A DNA stretch of 64,000 bases. Origin: Thermoguttaceae bacterium (GTDB lineage: Bacteria > Planctomycetota > Planctomycetia > Pirellulales > Thermoguttaceae). Shown here piece after piece: positions 30,216-38,143 of the stretch. Where the stretch lies: positions 14,689-78,688 of the forward strand of contig JAGBDN010000007.1 in the NCBI GenBank assembly GCA_017937485.1. The letters are read 5' to 3'. The notes below the pieces were generated by a model, which saw nothing but the letters and a program-made list of their open reading frames with translations, was not told the DNA's origin and ran no database searches. The first letter of the stretch is position 1. The number at the start of each line of letters is the position of its first letter. A program made the position numbers and the translations under genes.

Positions 30216-30351
30216 GACGTAAAAGCGGCAAGCGGCGCGGCTTGCGTAGATTGCGGCGGCAGGCGTAAAACGGCAAGCGGCGCAAGTCGCGTAAATTGCG
30301 TCGATAGGCGTAAAACGGCAAGCGGCGCAAGTCGCGTGAATTGCGTCGACA
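30216..30351. repeat. Tandem repeat, about 45-bp unit x3
   Basis: Units begin near 30217, 30262 and 30307. The last two copies are nearly identical (GGCGTAAAACGGCAAGCGGCGCAAGTCGCGT[A/G]AATTGCGTCGA[T/C]A). The array lies between the SMR gene stop and the fumC upstream region. Confidence 0.8.
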
Positions 30352-30367
30352 AGAGCGGCGAAAAGCG

Positions 30368-30682
30368 TCAACCGAAGCGGCGCAACCCGACGATTCCGGC
30401 GAGAATTAGCGCGACGCAGATTGTTTTGGGAAGCGAAACCGGCGCGCCGAAAAGAACGACGTCCAAAACCGCCGCGCCGACGATTCCGATTCCGGTCCAA
30501 ATTGGGTACGCGACGCCCATCGGGAGCGTTTTCATCGCGACCGAGAGGAGCCAAACGCTGCCGAACATCGCCGCAAGCGTCGCCAACGACGGCCAAAAAG
30601 CGGAAAAACCGCGCGAATACTTCATTCCGACCGTCCAAGCGCACTCGAGAAGACCGGCGATAAAGAGCAAAATCCAATTCAT
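30368..30682 (-). CDS. sugE: SMR-family small multidrug resistance protein, Gdx/SugE-type (guanidinium exporter-like)
   Basis: 104 aa with four TM segments. MNWILLFIAGLLECAWTVGMKYS carries the conserved membrane Glu. Start taken at the internal ATG 30682, directly downstream of the riboswitch. Confidence 0.85.
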   Translation of the reverse strand: MNWILLFIAGLLECAWTVGMKYSRGFSAFWPSLATLAAMFGSVWLLSVAMKTLPMGVAYPIWTGIGIVGAAVLDVVLFGAPVSLPKTICVALILAGIVGLRRFG

Positions 30683-30708
30683 CGTTAAAGGGTTGATTTT
30701 TGTCTCGT

Positions 30709-30757
30709 TTAGGGTCGTCCCTAAGGAAACGGAACCGCATCGAGGTCGTCCCCGACG
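30709..30757 (-). promoter_or_regulatory. Guanidine-II (mini-ykkC) riboswitch
   Basis: The minus strand reads CGTCGGGG-ACGA-CCTCGATG, a 13-nt linker, then TTAGGG-ACGA-CCCTAA. That is two hairpins, each with an ACGR tetraloop closed by G-C pairs. They lie 26 nt upstream of an SMR/Gdx gene, the canonical genetic context. Confidence 0.75.
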
Positions 30758-30810
30758 CGGGCGCTTAACGCGCTTCAAGAGCGAAACGACGTCGAAACGG
30801 GTTTCACTAC

Positions 30811-31018
30811 TTTGCCTAAAACGCCAAGTTTAACGCGCTTCGACGGAAGCGAAAGCGGGCGAAACCGGCGATTTTGTCAATCTGTTAATAAGCGATAAAC
30901 TTGGCGGCGAAAAAAGGAAAAAACGTTGGCAAAGCGAGTTTTGCTAATTTGCCTAAAACGCCGAGTTTGACGCGCTTCGACGGAAGCGAAAGCGGGGTAA
31001 AACGGCGATTTTGTCAAT
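30811..31018. repeat. Two copies of a ~71-bp element (30811-30881 and 30948-31018), period 137 bp
   Basis: TTTGCCTAAAACGCC[A/G]AGTTT[A/G]ACGCGCTTCGACGGAAGCGAAAGCGGG..CGGCGATTTTGTCAAT. About 90 percent identity by eye. Each copy contains the hairpin CGCTTC-GACG-GAAGCG. Confidence 0.8.
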
Positions 31019-31110
31019 ATATATTAATAGCGGCGAAAACGGGCGGCGGTTCGCGGGAGAAAACGCCGCAAACGCGAACGAACGCGGCGTTTTCTCCGTC
31101 GCGGAAGTTT

Positions 31111-33756
31111 TTACTCGGCGGCGAGCGTCGCCGGGGCGGGCCAACGGTAAACGCGGACGTCGAATCCTTCGAAACGGTCGACGAGGAAACCGCCGTCGAG
31201 CGTCGCCGTCGCGCCGTCTTCGAAGAGGCGTTCGACGGGGATTTGAGCGTCGCTCGGCGCGGTCGCGGAGAAGTCGAAACGGACTTCGACCGGTTTCGGG
31301 GACGCGTTGACGGCGACAACGGTAATTTCGCCGCCGCTAACTTTCAGGAGCGAAACGACCGACGGGCCGCCGAGCGGGTCGAGTTCCGGGCCGTTTAAAA
31401 CGGTCGCGGTCGGTTGGAGTTCCGGGCGCGTTCGCTCGACGAGAACCGTTTGAAGGGACGCGATTCGTTTCGAGACGGTCGTCAAGTTTCCCCAAACTTC
31501 CGAGTTTGCGCAGCTTCCGTAATTCGGCAAGTTCCGCTCCGGCTCGACTTGGTCGCCGTAAGTGTACCAAACGATCCCGTTCGCTCCGGCGACGAGCGCG
31601 GCGAAACTGGTCGCGTTCAGCTCGCGGAACGTCGGAAAGCGCGTCCAACCCCAACCTTTGAACGACTGCAAAATCGGCCAAATCGCTTTCGGGCCGTCTC
31701 CGGCGAGCGCGGCGTCGCGGCGGCTGATTCGCATATCGCGGAGCGTCGCGGCGACGGAGCGTTCGCCCCATTCCGGCTCGTCGCGGCGGAACGGGTAAAT
31801 TTCCGGCAAAAACGCGTCCGTTCCGTCGGCGTAAAAGAGGTAGTTCGAAACTTCCGGCGCCGAAACGACGTCCGCTTGCGTCGAAAGGCGGGTCGGGTCG
31901 ACGGCGCGCAAGGAGTCGCTCCGGTCGCGGAGTTCTTCGGGGGTGAAGTACATCGCGGTGTCGTCGCCGACGTACCAAGCGAGAATCGCCGGAGAATGAC
32001 GCTCGACGTCGAGAAGGCGTTCGTCCGGGCCGTCGACGCCGACCCAAAGTTTGAAGTCGTGTTTCTCCGCGGCGGCGAGGAACGCGTCCGTTCGCCCGTC
32101 GAAATAAGATTGGGCGAAGTTGAATCCGGCGGCTTTCAAGTCGGCGAAGGCGCGGTTCAGGTCGAAACCGTTCGACGGATAGGGCGAAACCCCGTATATG
32201 CCGATCGGGAAGAACGGGACGCCGTCGATTAGCGTCGTCCCGTCGTCGCGGAGCGTGTAACGCGGCGTTTCCGGCGCGTCGCCGACGAAGAAAAATTTGC
32301 GCGCGGCGACCGAGTTGCCGCCGACGTCGGCGATTTCGACGGCGACCGAATGAAGGCCCGGCGACCAAGGCGCGTTTTCCGGCGGCGTCAGCGAAAGGCG
32401 CGAAGCGGCGAAGTCGACGTTCAAACGCGGCGCGGCGGCGTCGGACACGTTGGAATTTGCGTTGGATTGGGCGGTTTGGACGGTTTGGGTAAAGTCGGCG
32501 ATTTCGGTTTCGTCGACGGCGAGTTTGAACGTCGACCAGCGGAGCGGGGACGCGTCGTCGAGTTGGATTTCGACGGCGGCGCTTCCGTCGCGGGACGGGG
32601 CGGCGAACTGGCCGACGACGCTAACCTTCGGCGCTTGGTCGTCTCCGCCGACGCGGAAGCGGGCGTCGACGCGGTCGCCGATCGAAACGGAGCGGAGCGT
32701 CGGCGCGCTCGAGCCGTCGGCGTTCGGAACGAGCGTCGCTTTGTATCGGAAAAAGGGCGCGTCGACGGCGAACGGCGCGTCGAAAAAGGTCGCGGCGGTT
32801 CCGTCCGGGCCGACGAACTCGCCGAAGTCGCCGGGGATTTGGGGGAGTTGAGGAAGTTGGTTGGGCTGGGAAGCGTCGGCGGTTTGCGCGGTTTCGGCGT
32901 TCTGGGACGTTTCGGCGGTTTGCGGGACGTCGGGGAGCGCCGGAGCGGTCGCGATTTGGAAACGAACGGCGGTTCCGGCGGGAACGTCGGCGTCCCAATT
33001 TACTCGCGAACCGGCGCCGGGGAGAATTTCCGAAATAAATTCGCCCGAACGGCGGAACGGCGCGGCGGCGTCGACCGGCGTTTCGAACTCGACGGAGCGA
33101 ATCGCGACCCAATCGCCGAGCGCGAGGTCGGGAATATCGAATCCGAGCCGAATCGCGAACGAGGCCGCCGCGTCCGGAACGCGACCGGAAAAAGCGCGGG
33201 AACCGAAAAAGTCGCCGACGCCCGCCGCGAAGAGGAACGGCGTTTCGCCGCAAGGCTCGCCGTCGCCGTCGAACCAAAGAACGGCGCAACCCTTCCAAGT
33301 CGCGTCGTCGTTCCCGGCCAACGCGGTTTTCGAACTTTTCGCCGCGACGCGAACGACGAACTCGCCGCCGGGCGCGCCTTGCGGGAGCGGGCGACGAACG
33401 CTCGTCGCGTTCCAAGCGGTATCGCCGTCCTCCGGGTCGTCCGGGTTCGTCGTTTTGCGAGCGACGACGAGCGCCGGAGCGCCGTCGAACTCGGCGCCGA
33501 CTTCGATCGAGAGCGCGTCGCGGTAATTTTTGATTTCCGGCCAAGCGTCCGGAGCGTCGAAACGGTCGACGAGCGCGACCGGGCCGGAGCGCGACGGTTG
33601 CGCGACGCCGTTCGGGAAAGCGACGTTGAACGGCGAATAAACGCCGCCCGCGAAGAGCGGCGTCGGCGCGAGCGCCGCTAAAAGCGTTGAAATAGCGGCG
33701 ACGGCGCGTTTATTTAACGTTGGTAAACGGCGTTTCGAACGGTTGAACGTCGGCAT
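31111..33756 (-). CDS. Large secreted protein (881 aa); C-terminal half possibly a TIM-barrel glycosidase-like fold
   Basis: Signal-like N-terminus AVAAISTLLAALAPTPLFAGG. Internal low-complexity PN/PQ tract. The functional call for the C-terminal region (GVPFFPIGIYGV..AGFNFAQSY..LWVGV) is weak. Confidence 0.75.
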   Translation of the reverse strand: MPTFNRSKRRLPTLNKRAVAAISTLLAALAPTPLFAGGVYSPFNVAFPNGVAQPSRSGPVALVDRFDAPDAWPEIKNYRDALSIEVGAEFDGAPALVVARKTTNPDDPEDGDTAWNATSVRRPLPQGAPGGEFVVRVAAKSSKTALAGNDDATWKGCAVLWFDGDGEPCGETPFLFAAGVGDFFGSRAFSGRVPDAAASFAIRLGFDIPDLALGDWVAIRSVEFETPVDAAAPFRRSGEFISEILPGAGSRVNWDADVPAGTAVRFQIATAPALPDVPQTAETSQNAETAQTADASQPNQLPQLPQIPGDFGEFVGPDGTAATFFDAPFAVDAPFFRYKATLVPNADGSSAPTLRSVSIGDRVDARFRVGGDDQAPKVSVVGQFAAPSRDGSAAVEIQLDDASPLRWSTFKLAVDETEIADFTQTVQTAQSNANSNVSDAAAPRLNVDFAASRLSLTPPENAPWSPGLHSVAVEIADVGGNSVAARKFFFVGDAPETPRYTLRDDGTTLIDGVPFFPIGIYGVSPYPSNGFDLNRAFADLKAAGFNFAQSYFDGRTDAFLAAAEKHDFKLWVGVDGPDERLLDVERHSPAILAWYVGDDTAMYFTPEELRDRSDSLRAVDPTRLSTQADVVSAPEVSNYLFYADGTDAFLPEIYPFRRDEPEWGERSVAATLRDMRISRRDAALAGDGPKAIWPILQSFKGWGWTRFPTFRELNATSFAALVAGANGIVWYTYGDQVEPERNLPNYGSCANSEVWGNLTTVSKRIASLQTVLVERTRPELQPTATVLNGPELDPLGGPSVVSLLKVSGGEITVVAVNASPKPVEVRFDFSATAPSDAQIPVERLFEDGATATLDGGFLVDRFEGFDVRVYRWPAPATLAAE

Positions 33757-33850
33757 TTTGCGGTTCCTTTGCGGCTGTTCGCGGAAAAGCGGCTGTTAAA
33801 ACGGGCGGTTTCGGCAGATTAGGCGGGCGTCGCTGCGTCGGCGGCGAGCG

Positions 33851-34732
33851 TTAAAACGCTTTTTTGCGACCGACGGCGGTCATTATCTTCGCGACCAAGC
33901 GAGCCGCGGCGAACTCGGTAACAAGGTGCCGACCGCCGAGGGGCGCCGTCTCGACGACGTCCGCTCCGACGACGTTTTTCGCCGCGACGACCGCTTGAAC
34001 GAAACGAACGAGCTGCCGCCAAGAAAGCCCGCCCGGTTCCGGCGTCCCGACGCCCGGAGCGACCGCCGGGTCGAACGCGTCCATGTCGACGGTAATGTAA
34101 ACGTTTTTCGTTAAACGAGTTAACGCTTTTTCGACGCAGCCGTCGAAATCGTCCTCCAACATCGTCGGCGTCAAGAAGTTTTCGACCTGTTTCGGGAAAC
34201 GCTCCAAATCTTCCTCCGAAAAACTGCGGATTCCGACCTGGACGACCGTCTCGACCGAGTCGAGGGCCCGCGCCATTACCGACGCGTGCGAGTCGCGACC
34301 GCCGGGGCCGAACGCGTCGCGCAGGTCGCTGTGCGCGTCGAACTGCAGAACGCTCAAGTCGTCGTATTTTTCCGCCGCGACGCGAATAATCGGGCCGGAA
34401 ACGGAGTGTTCGCCGCCGAGCGCGATCGGGAAACGGTCGGGACGGAAAAGGTCGAGGCGGCGGACGGTCGCTTCGATTCGCTCCATTTCTTCGCGGGGCG
34501 TTTCCGCGGCGGGGATCGGGTCGCAGGTGAAGACGCCGCGTTTGTAAAACGGGTAAAGCGTCTCTTCGTCGATATACTCCATTTGGTCGGAGACGGCGAG
34601 AATCGCGTCCGGGCCCTCGTCCGTTCCCTTGCCGAAACAAACGGTTCCTTCGTAAGGAATCGGGAGAATGTGAAAATAGGCGGTTTCCGGGTTGCAAAGT
34701 TCCGGTTCGAGTTCTAAAAACGTTTTTTTCAT
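33851..34732 (-). CDS. speB: Agmatinase / ureohydrolase (arginase family)
   Basis: Mn-site motifs GGEHS, FDAHSDL, DMDAFDP, and PEPGGLS. Confidence 0.85.
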   Translation of the reverse strand: MKKTFLELEPELCNPETAYFHILPIPYEGTVCFGKGTDEGPDAILAVSDQMEYIDEETLYPFYKRGVFTCDPIPAAETPREEMERIEATVRRLDLFRPDRFPIALGGEHSVSGPIIRVAAEKYDDLSVLQFDAHSDLRDAFGPGGRDSHASVMARALDSVETVVQVGIRSFSEEDLERFPKQVENFLTPTMLEDDFDGCVEKALTRLTKNVYITVDMDAFDPAVAPGVGTPEPGGLSWRQLVRFVQAVVAAKNVVGADVVETAPLGGRHLVTEFAAARLVAKIMTAVGRKKAF

Positions 34733-35054
34733 CGGTCGGAGCGATTCGAGTTGGACGCGAAAACGGACGGCGCGACGAGCGGCGAAAAGCCGAACGAATG
34801 GGAAGCGAACAAGGCGCCGGGAACCGTCGTCGGCGCGCGTCGTTTAGGCGTTATTAATATATATGGGCAAAACGGCGGCAAAAATCGACGAAAGCTCTCC
34901 GTTTCGCTCCGATTATACGCGCTCCGACGACGGTTTCAAGCGGGGCAAGGCGGCGGAGGGGCGCTTTTCTCCGAGAAATCGACGCGAGCGAGCGACCGTT
35001 TCGAGCCGAAGTCGAAGCGCGGCGAAAAAGTTGAGAAAAATTTCGGTTCGGCTC

Positions 35055-35082
35055 TTTACAAAGGGGGCGTTTGCGTTATAAT
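35055..35082 (+). promoter_or_regulatory. Sigma70-like promoter (TTTACA-16-TATAAT) for tRNA-Leu
   Basis: The -10 ends 13 nt before the first tRNA nucleotide. Confidence 0.55.
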
Positions 35083-35095
35083 AACGAGCAGAGTA

Positions 35096-35181
35096 GCCGA
35101 AGTGGCGGAACTGGCAGACGCGCTAGGTTCAGGTCCTAGTCCTCGTAACTGGGGGTGGAGGTTCGAGTCCTCTCTTCGGCA
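35096..35181 (+). tRNA. tRNA-Leu (anticodon CAG)
   Basis: Hand-folded cloverleaf. Acceptor GCCGAAG / CTTCGGC plus discriminator A. Anticodon stem CTAGG / CCTAG with loop TTCAGGT (CAG at 35130-35132). Long variable arm, and T-arm GGAGG-TTCGAGT-CCTCT. No encoded CCA. Confidence 0.92.
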
Positions 35182-35188
35182 TTCGTTT

Positions 35189-35221
35189 AAGAGTTCGTTT
35201 TCGCGACGAACTCTTTTTTTA
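35189..35221 (+). terminator. Intrinsic terminator after tRNA-Leu
   Basis: Stem AAGAGTTCG / CGAACTCTT followed by a T-run of 7. Confidence 0.7.
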
Positions 35222-35495
35222 TTTCTTGACGGCGAGAAAAAACGACGGTCGCAAGGGCGGCGTTTGTAAAAAAGCGGCGAACCGAACGATTTTTGAACGG
35301 CGAAAACGCGCTTGCGTCGACGGCCCCCCTTTTTTTTCGCGCTTGTCCGGATACAATGAAAACGACGATTTTGCGGGAACTCGTCTTTTCGCGAAACAAA
35401 CGTCGATTTTGGTTTTGTTTTTTGTTCGCGTTCATTTGGCGAAGTTGCGAACGACGTTCGAGAAAACCGGCGGCGACCGGGCGGAGGCGTTTTCA

Positions 35496-36365
35496 ATGAT
35501 CGATTTTAAGAAAAATTGCGATTTTCTCGTCGGTATCGACTCCGACGGTTGCGCGTTCGACACGATGGAGCTGAAACATAAAGAATGTTTCGTTCCGAAT
35601 ATTATCGAACATTGGGGCTTGAAGGGGGTCAGCAAGTACGCTCGCGAAGCGGCGGAGTTCGTCAACCTTTATTCGAAAACGCGCGGAATCAACCGCTTTC
35701 CGGCGTTGGTCGAGGTCTTCCGCCTTTTAAACGAGCGACCGGAAGTCGCGAGTCGCGGCGTCTCGATCGAAATTCCGCAAGTTTTGGTCGACTGGATGAA
35801 CGCCGAAACGAAGTTGGGGAACGTCGCGCTGACCGAATACGTCGAGAAAACGGGCGATCCGCTGATGAAGAAAACGCTCGCTTGGTCGATCGCGGTTAAC
35901 GAAACGATCGACCGCATTGTCGGCGAGGGCGTGCCGCCGTTCCCGAAAGTCGCGGATTCGTTGCGCAAGTTGCAAGGGAAAGCGGACGTGTTGGTCGTCT
36001 CCGCGACGCCGCAAGCCGCGTTGATTAAAGAATGGGAAAACCAAGGGCTTCTTCCGCTCGTGCAAGCGATCTGCGGGCAAGAAATCGGGACGAAGAAGGA
36101 ATCGCTGGCGTTCGCGAAGTTGTACGCGAAGAACCGAACGCTGATGATCGGCGACGCTCCGGGCGACTATAAGGCGGCGTTGGCGAACGACGCGCTCTTC
36201 TATCCGATCAATCCGGGCGCCGAAGAAGCGAGCTGGGCGCGTTTTTACGACGAAGCGATCGACAAATTCCTTAACGAGGAGTTCGCGGGCGCGTACCAAC
36301 AAGCGTTGCTCGACGAGTTCGACGCGCATTTGCCGGTTTTGCCGCCTTGGAAGCGAAACGCTTGA
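35496..36365 (+). CDS. HAD-superfamily hydrolase
   Basis: N-terminal DxD motif in LVGIDSDGCAF and a late GDAPGD motif. Start at ATG 35496; the upstream part of the track ORF looks non-coding. Confidence 0.8.
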   Translation: MIDFKKNCDFLVGIDSDGCAFDTMELKHKECFVPNIIEHWGLKGVSKYAREAAEFVNLYSKTRGINRFPALVEVFRLLNERPEVASRGVSIEIPQVLVDWMNAETKLGNVALTEYVEKTGDPLMKKTLAWSIAVNETIDRIVGEGVPPFPKVADSLRKLQGKADVLVVSATPQAALIKEWENQGLLPLVQAICGQEIGTKKESLAFAKLYAKNRTLMIGDAPGDYKAALANDALFYPINPGAEEASWARFYDEAIDKFLNEEFAGAYQQALLDEFDAHLPVLPPWKRNA

Positions 36366-36452
36366 GCGAAAAGCGACGCGAACGAAAAGTTTGACGACCG
36401 AATAAGTAACGACGATTGAAAAGCGCGACGGCGACGAGAGGAGGCGCGGCGA

Positions 36453-36947
36453 ATGAAATGTCCGTTTTGTCGAGGCGACAACGACCGAGTAATCGAAACG
36501 AGAACGAGCGACGACGGGTTCGTTATCCGGCGTCGCCGCGCGTGTCAGTCTTGCAAAAAGCGTTACACAACTTACGAGCGGATTGAGATCGTAAATATTC
36601 GCGTCGTTAAACGAGACGGAACCCGCGTTCCGTTCGACCGCGAAAAGTTGCGACACGGAATCGAGCGCGCTTGTTGGAAACGCCCGGTGCGGGAAGCGCA
36701 AATTTCGGAACTGGTCGCGAGTTTGGAAACGCGGCTCGAGGGCGAAACGGAAGTTTCGACGCAACGCGTCGGCGAATTGGCGATGGAGTTGTTGCGAAAA
36801 CTGGACGAAATCGCTTATATTCGTTTCGCGAGCGTTTATCAAGATTTTGCGAACGTCCAAGACTTTGCGCGAGCGTTGCAGTCGATGACGGGGGAAAAAG
36901 ACGGCGACGGGCAAGAGGTCGAGTCGTCGGAAAACGATTCCTTGTAA
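36453..36947 (+). CDS. nrdR: Transcriptional repressor NrdR
   Basis: MKCPFCRGDNDRVIETR .. CQSCKKRYTTYER zinc ribbon plus an ATP-cone. GAGGAGG RBS present. Confidence 0.93.
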   Translation: MKCPFCRGDNDRVIETRTSDDGFVIRRRRACQSCKKRYTTYERIEIVNIRVVKRDGTRVPFDREKLRHGIERACWKRPVREAQISELVASLETRLEGETEVSTQRVGELAMELLRKLDEIAYIRFASVYQDFANVQDFARALQSMTGEKDGDGQEVESSENDSL

Positions 36948-37160
36948 CTCGGCGTCCGCAAAAACTGGGAGGTTTGGCGAGTTTGCGCGATTTGAATCGA
37001 CCGCGCCGGTCGTCGCGGCGTTTTTTTTAAGAGAAACGGCGTTTTTATCGAGATTCGGCGTCGTTTTTTTAGAAATCGTCTTTAAAATAAGGGCGTCGGG
37101 GCGGCGGATTGTCCCGAAATAAAACAATGGGCGTTTCGGCGCCGACGGAGAATATGGACG

Positions 37161-38039
37161 ATGGGCAAACTTGACGCTTTTAAAGAAATCGTGCGAACGA
37201 ACGCGCCGACGTCGGCGTTGACTTGGTTGCGTTTGGGCGGCCCGATCGAGTATCTTGCGGAACCGCGCGACGAAGAAGAGTTGGTCGGCGTGTTGAAGGC
37301 GTGTCGCGAAGACGGCGTCCGCGCTCGCGTTTTGGGCGACGGTTCGAACTTGCTCGTTTCCGACGTCGGCGCGCCGGGCTTGGCGATTCGTTTGACGGCG
37401 CCGGCCTTTGGCGATATTCAAATCGACGCGCCTTTCGTCGTCGCCGGCGGCGGAGCGAAGGTCGGGCGGTTGGCGACCGCGACCGCGACCGCGGGACTGG
37501 CCGGGCTCGAAGGATTGATCGGGATTCCCGGGACGGTCGGCGCCGGAGTCGCGCGCAACGTTTCGACGAACGACGCGTCCTTCGAGGAATACGTCGAGTC
37601 GGTGCGCGTCGCTTATTTTAACGGGGAAATCGCCGAACTTTCTAAGAACGACATTGTGTTCGGCGACGGCGTCAGCTCCCTGGAGAACGCGATCGTGTTG
37701 TCGGCGAAGTTCCGGTTGACGCCGGAAAATCCGGAAGAATTGGCGAAACGGTTGCAAAAAATTTGGATTGTTCGCAAACAAACGACGCCGGACGCGACCG
37801 AGGGATGCGCGCGGATGTTCAAGAATCCGCGAGGGCAACGAGCGGCCGACTTGATCGCCGACGCCGGTTTTCGAGGCGCGCGAATCGGCGGCGCCGTCGT
37901 TAGCGAGCGCAACCCGAACTTCGTCGAAGCGTCGGAGGGGTGCGTCGGCGAGGACGTGAAACGCTTGCTCAACTTGATTCAAACGCAGGCGCGCGAACGC
38001 CTTGGCGTCGAGTTGGAGCGCGAACTGGAAATTTGGTGA
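37161..38039 (+). CDS. murB: UDP-N-acetylenolpyruvoylglucosamine reductase
   Basis: FAD-binding domain LGGPIEYLAEP .. VLGDGSNLLVSD, and C-terminal SAGCMFKNP-like MFKNPRG. Confidence 0.9.
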   Translation: MGKLDAFKEIVRTNAPTSALTWLRLGGPIEYLAEPRDEEELVGVLKACREDGVRARVLGDGSNLLVSDVGAPGLAIRLTAPAFGDIQIDAPFVVAGGGAKVGRLATATATAGLAGLEGLIGIPGTVGAGVARNVSTNDASFEEYVESVRVAYFNGEIAELSKNDIVFGDGVSSLENAIVLSAKFRLTPENPEELAKRLQKIWIVRKQTTPDATEGCARMFKNPRGQRAADLIADAGFRGARIGGAVVSERNPNFVEASEGCVGEDVKRLLNLIQTQARERLGVELERELEIW

Positions 38040-38074
38040 AACCGGGTAAAACTGGGTGAAACTGGGTAAAATGA
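38035..38074 (+). repeat. Four phased 10-bp repeats GGTRAAAYYG overlapping the murB stop codon
   Basis: GGTGAAACCG GGTAAAACTG GGTGAAACTG GGTAAAATGA. A-tracts are spaced at exactly 10 bp, about 70 nt upstream of purC. Confidence 0.7.
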
Positions 38075-38143
38075 GGCGGCGTTTTACGTCCGATTGGGAC
38101 GGCGGACGGCGTCGAGGTTGATTAATCCGTCGAAGGTTGAAAA

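Noticed and set aside
30216-30351. Possible CRISPR array
   Set aside because: The repeats are directly abutting 45-bp units with no unique spacers, and no cas genes are in the window.
35727-37982. 751-aa minus-strand ORF
   Set aside because: It spans three well-supported plus-strand genes (HAD hydrolase, nrdR, murB) plus their spacers, and has shadow-frame composition.
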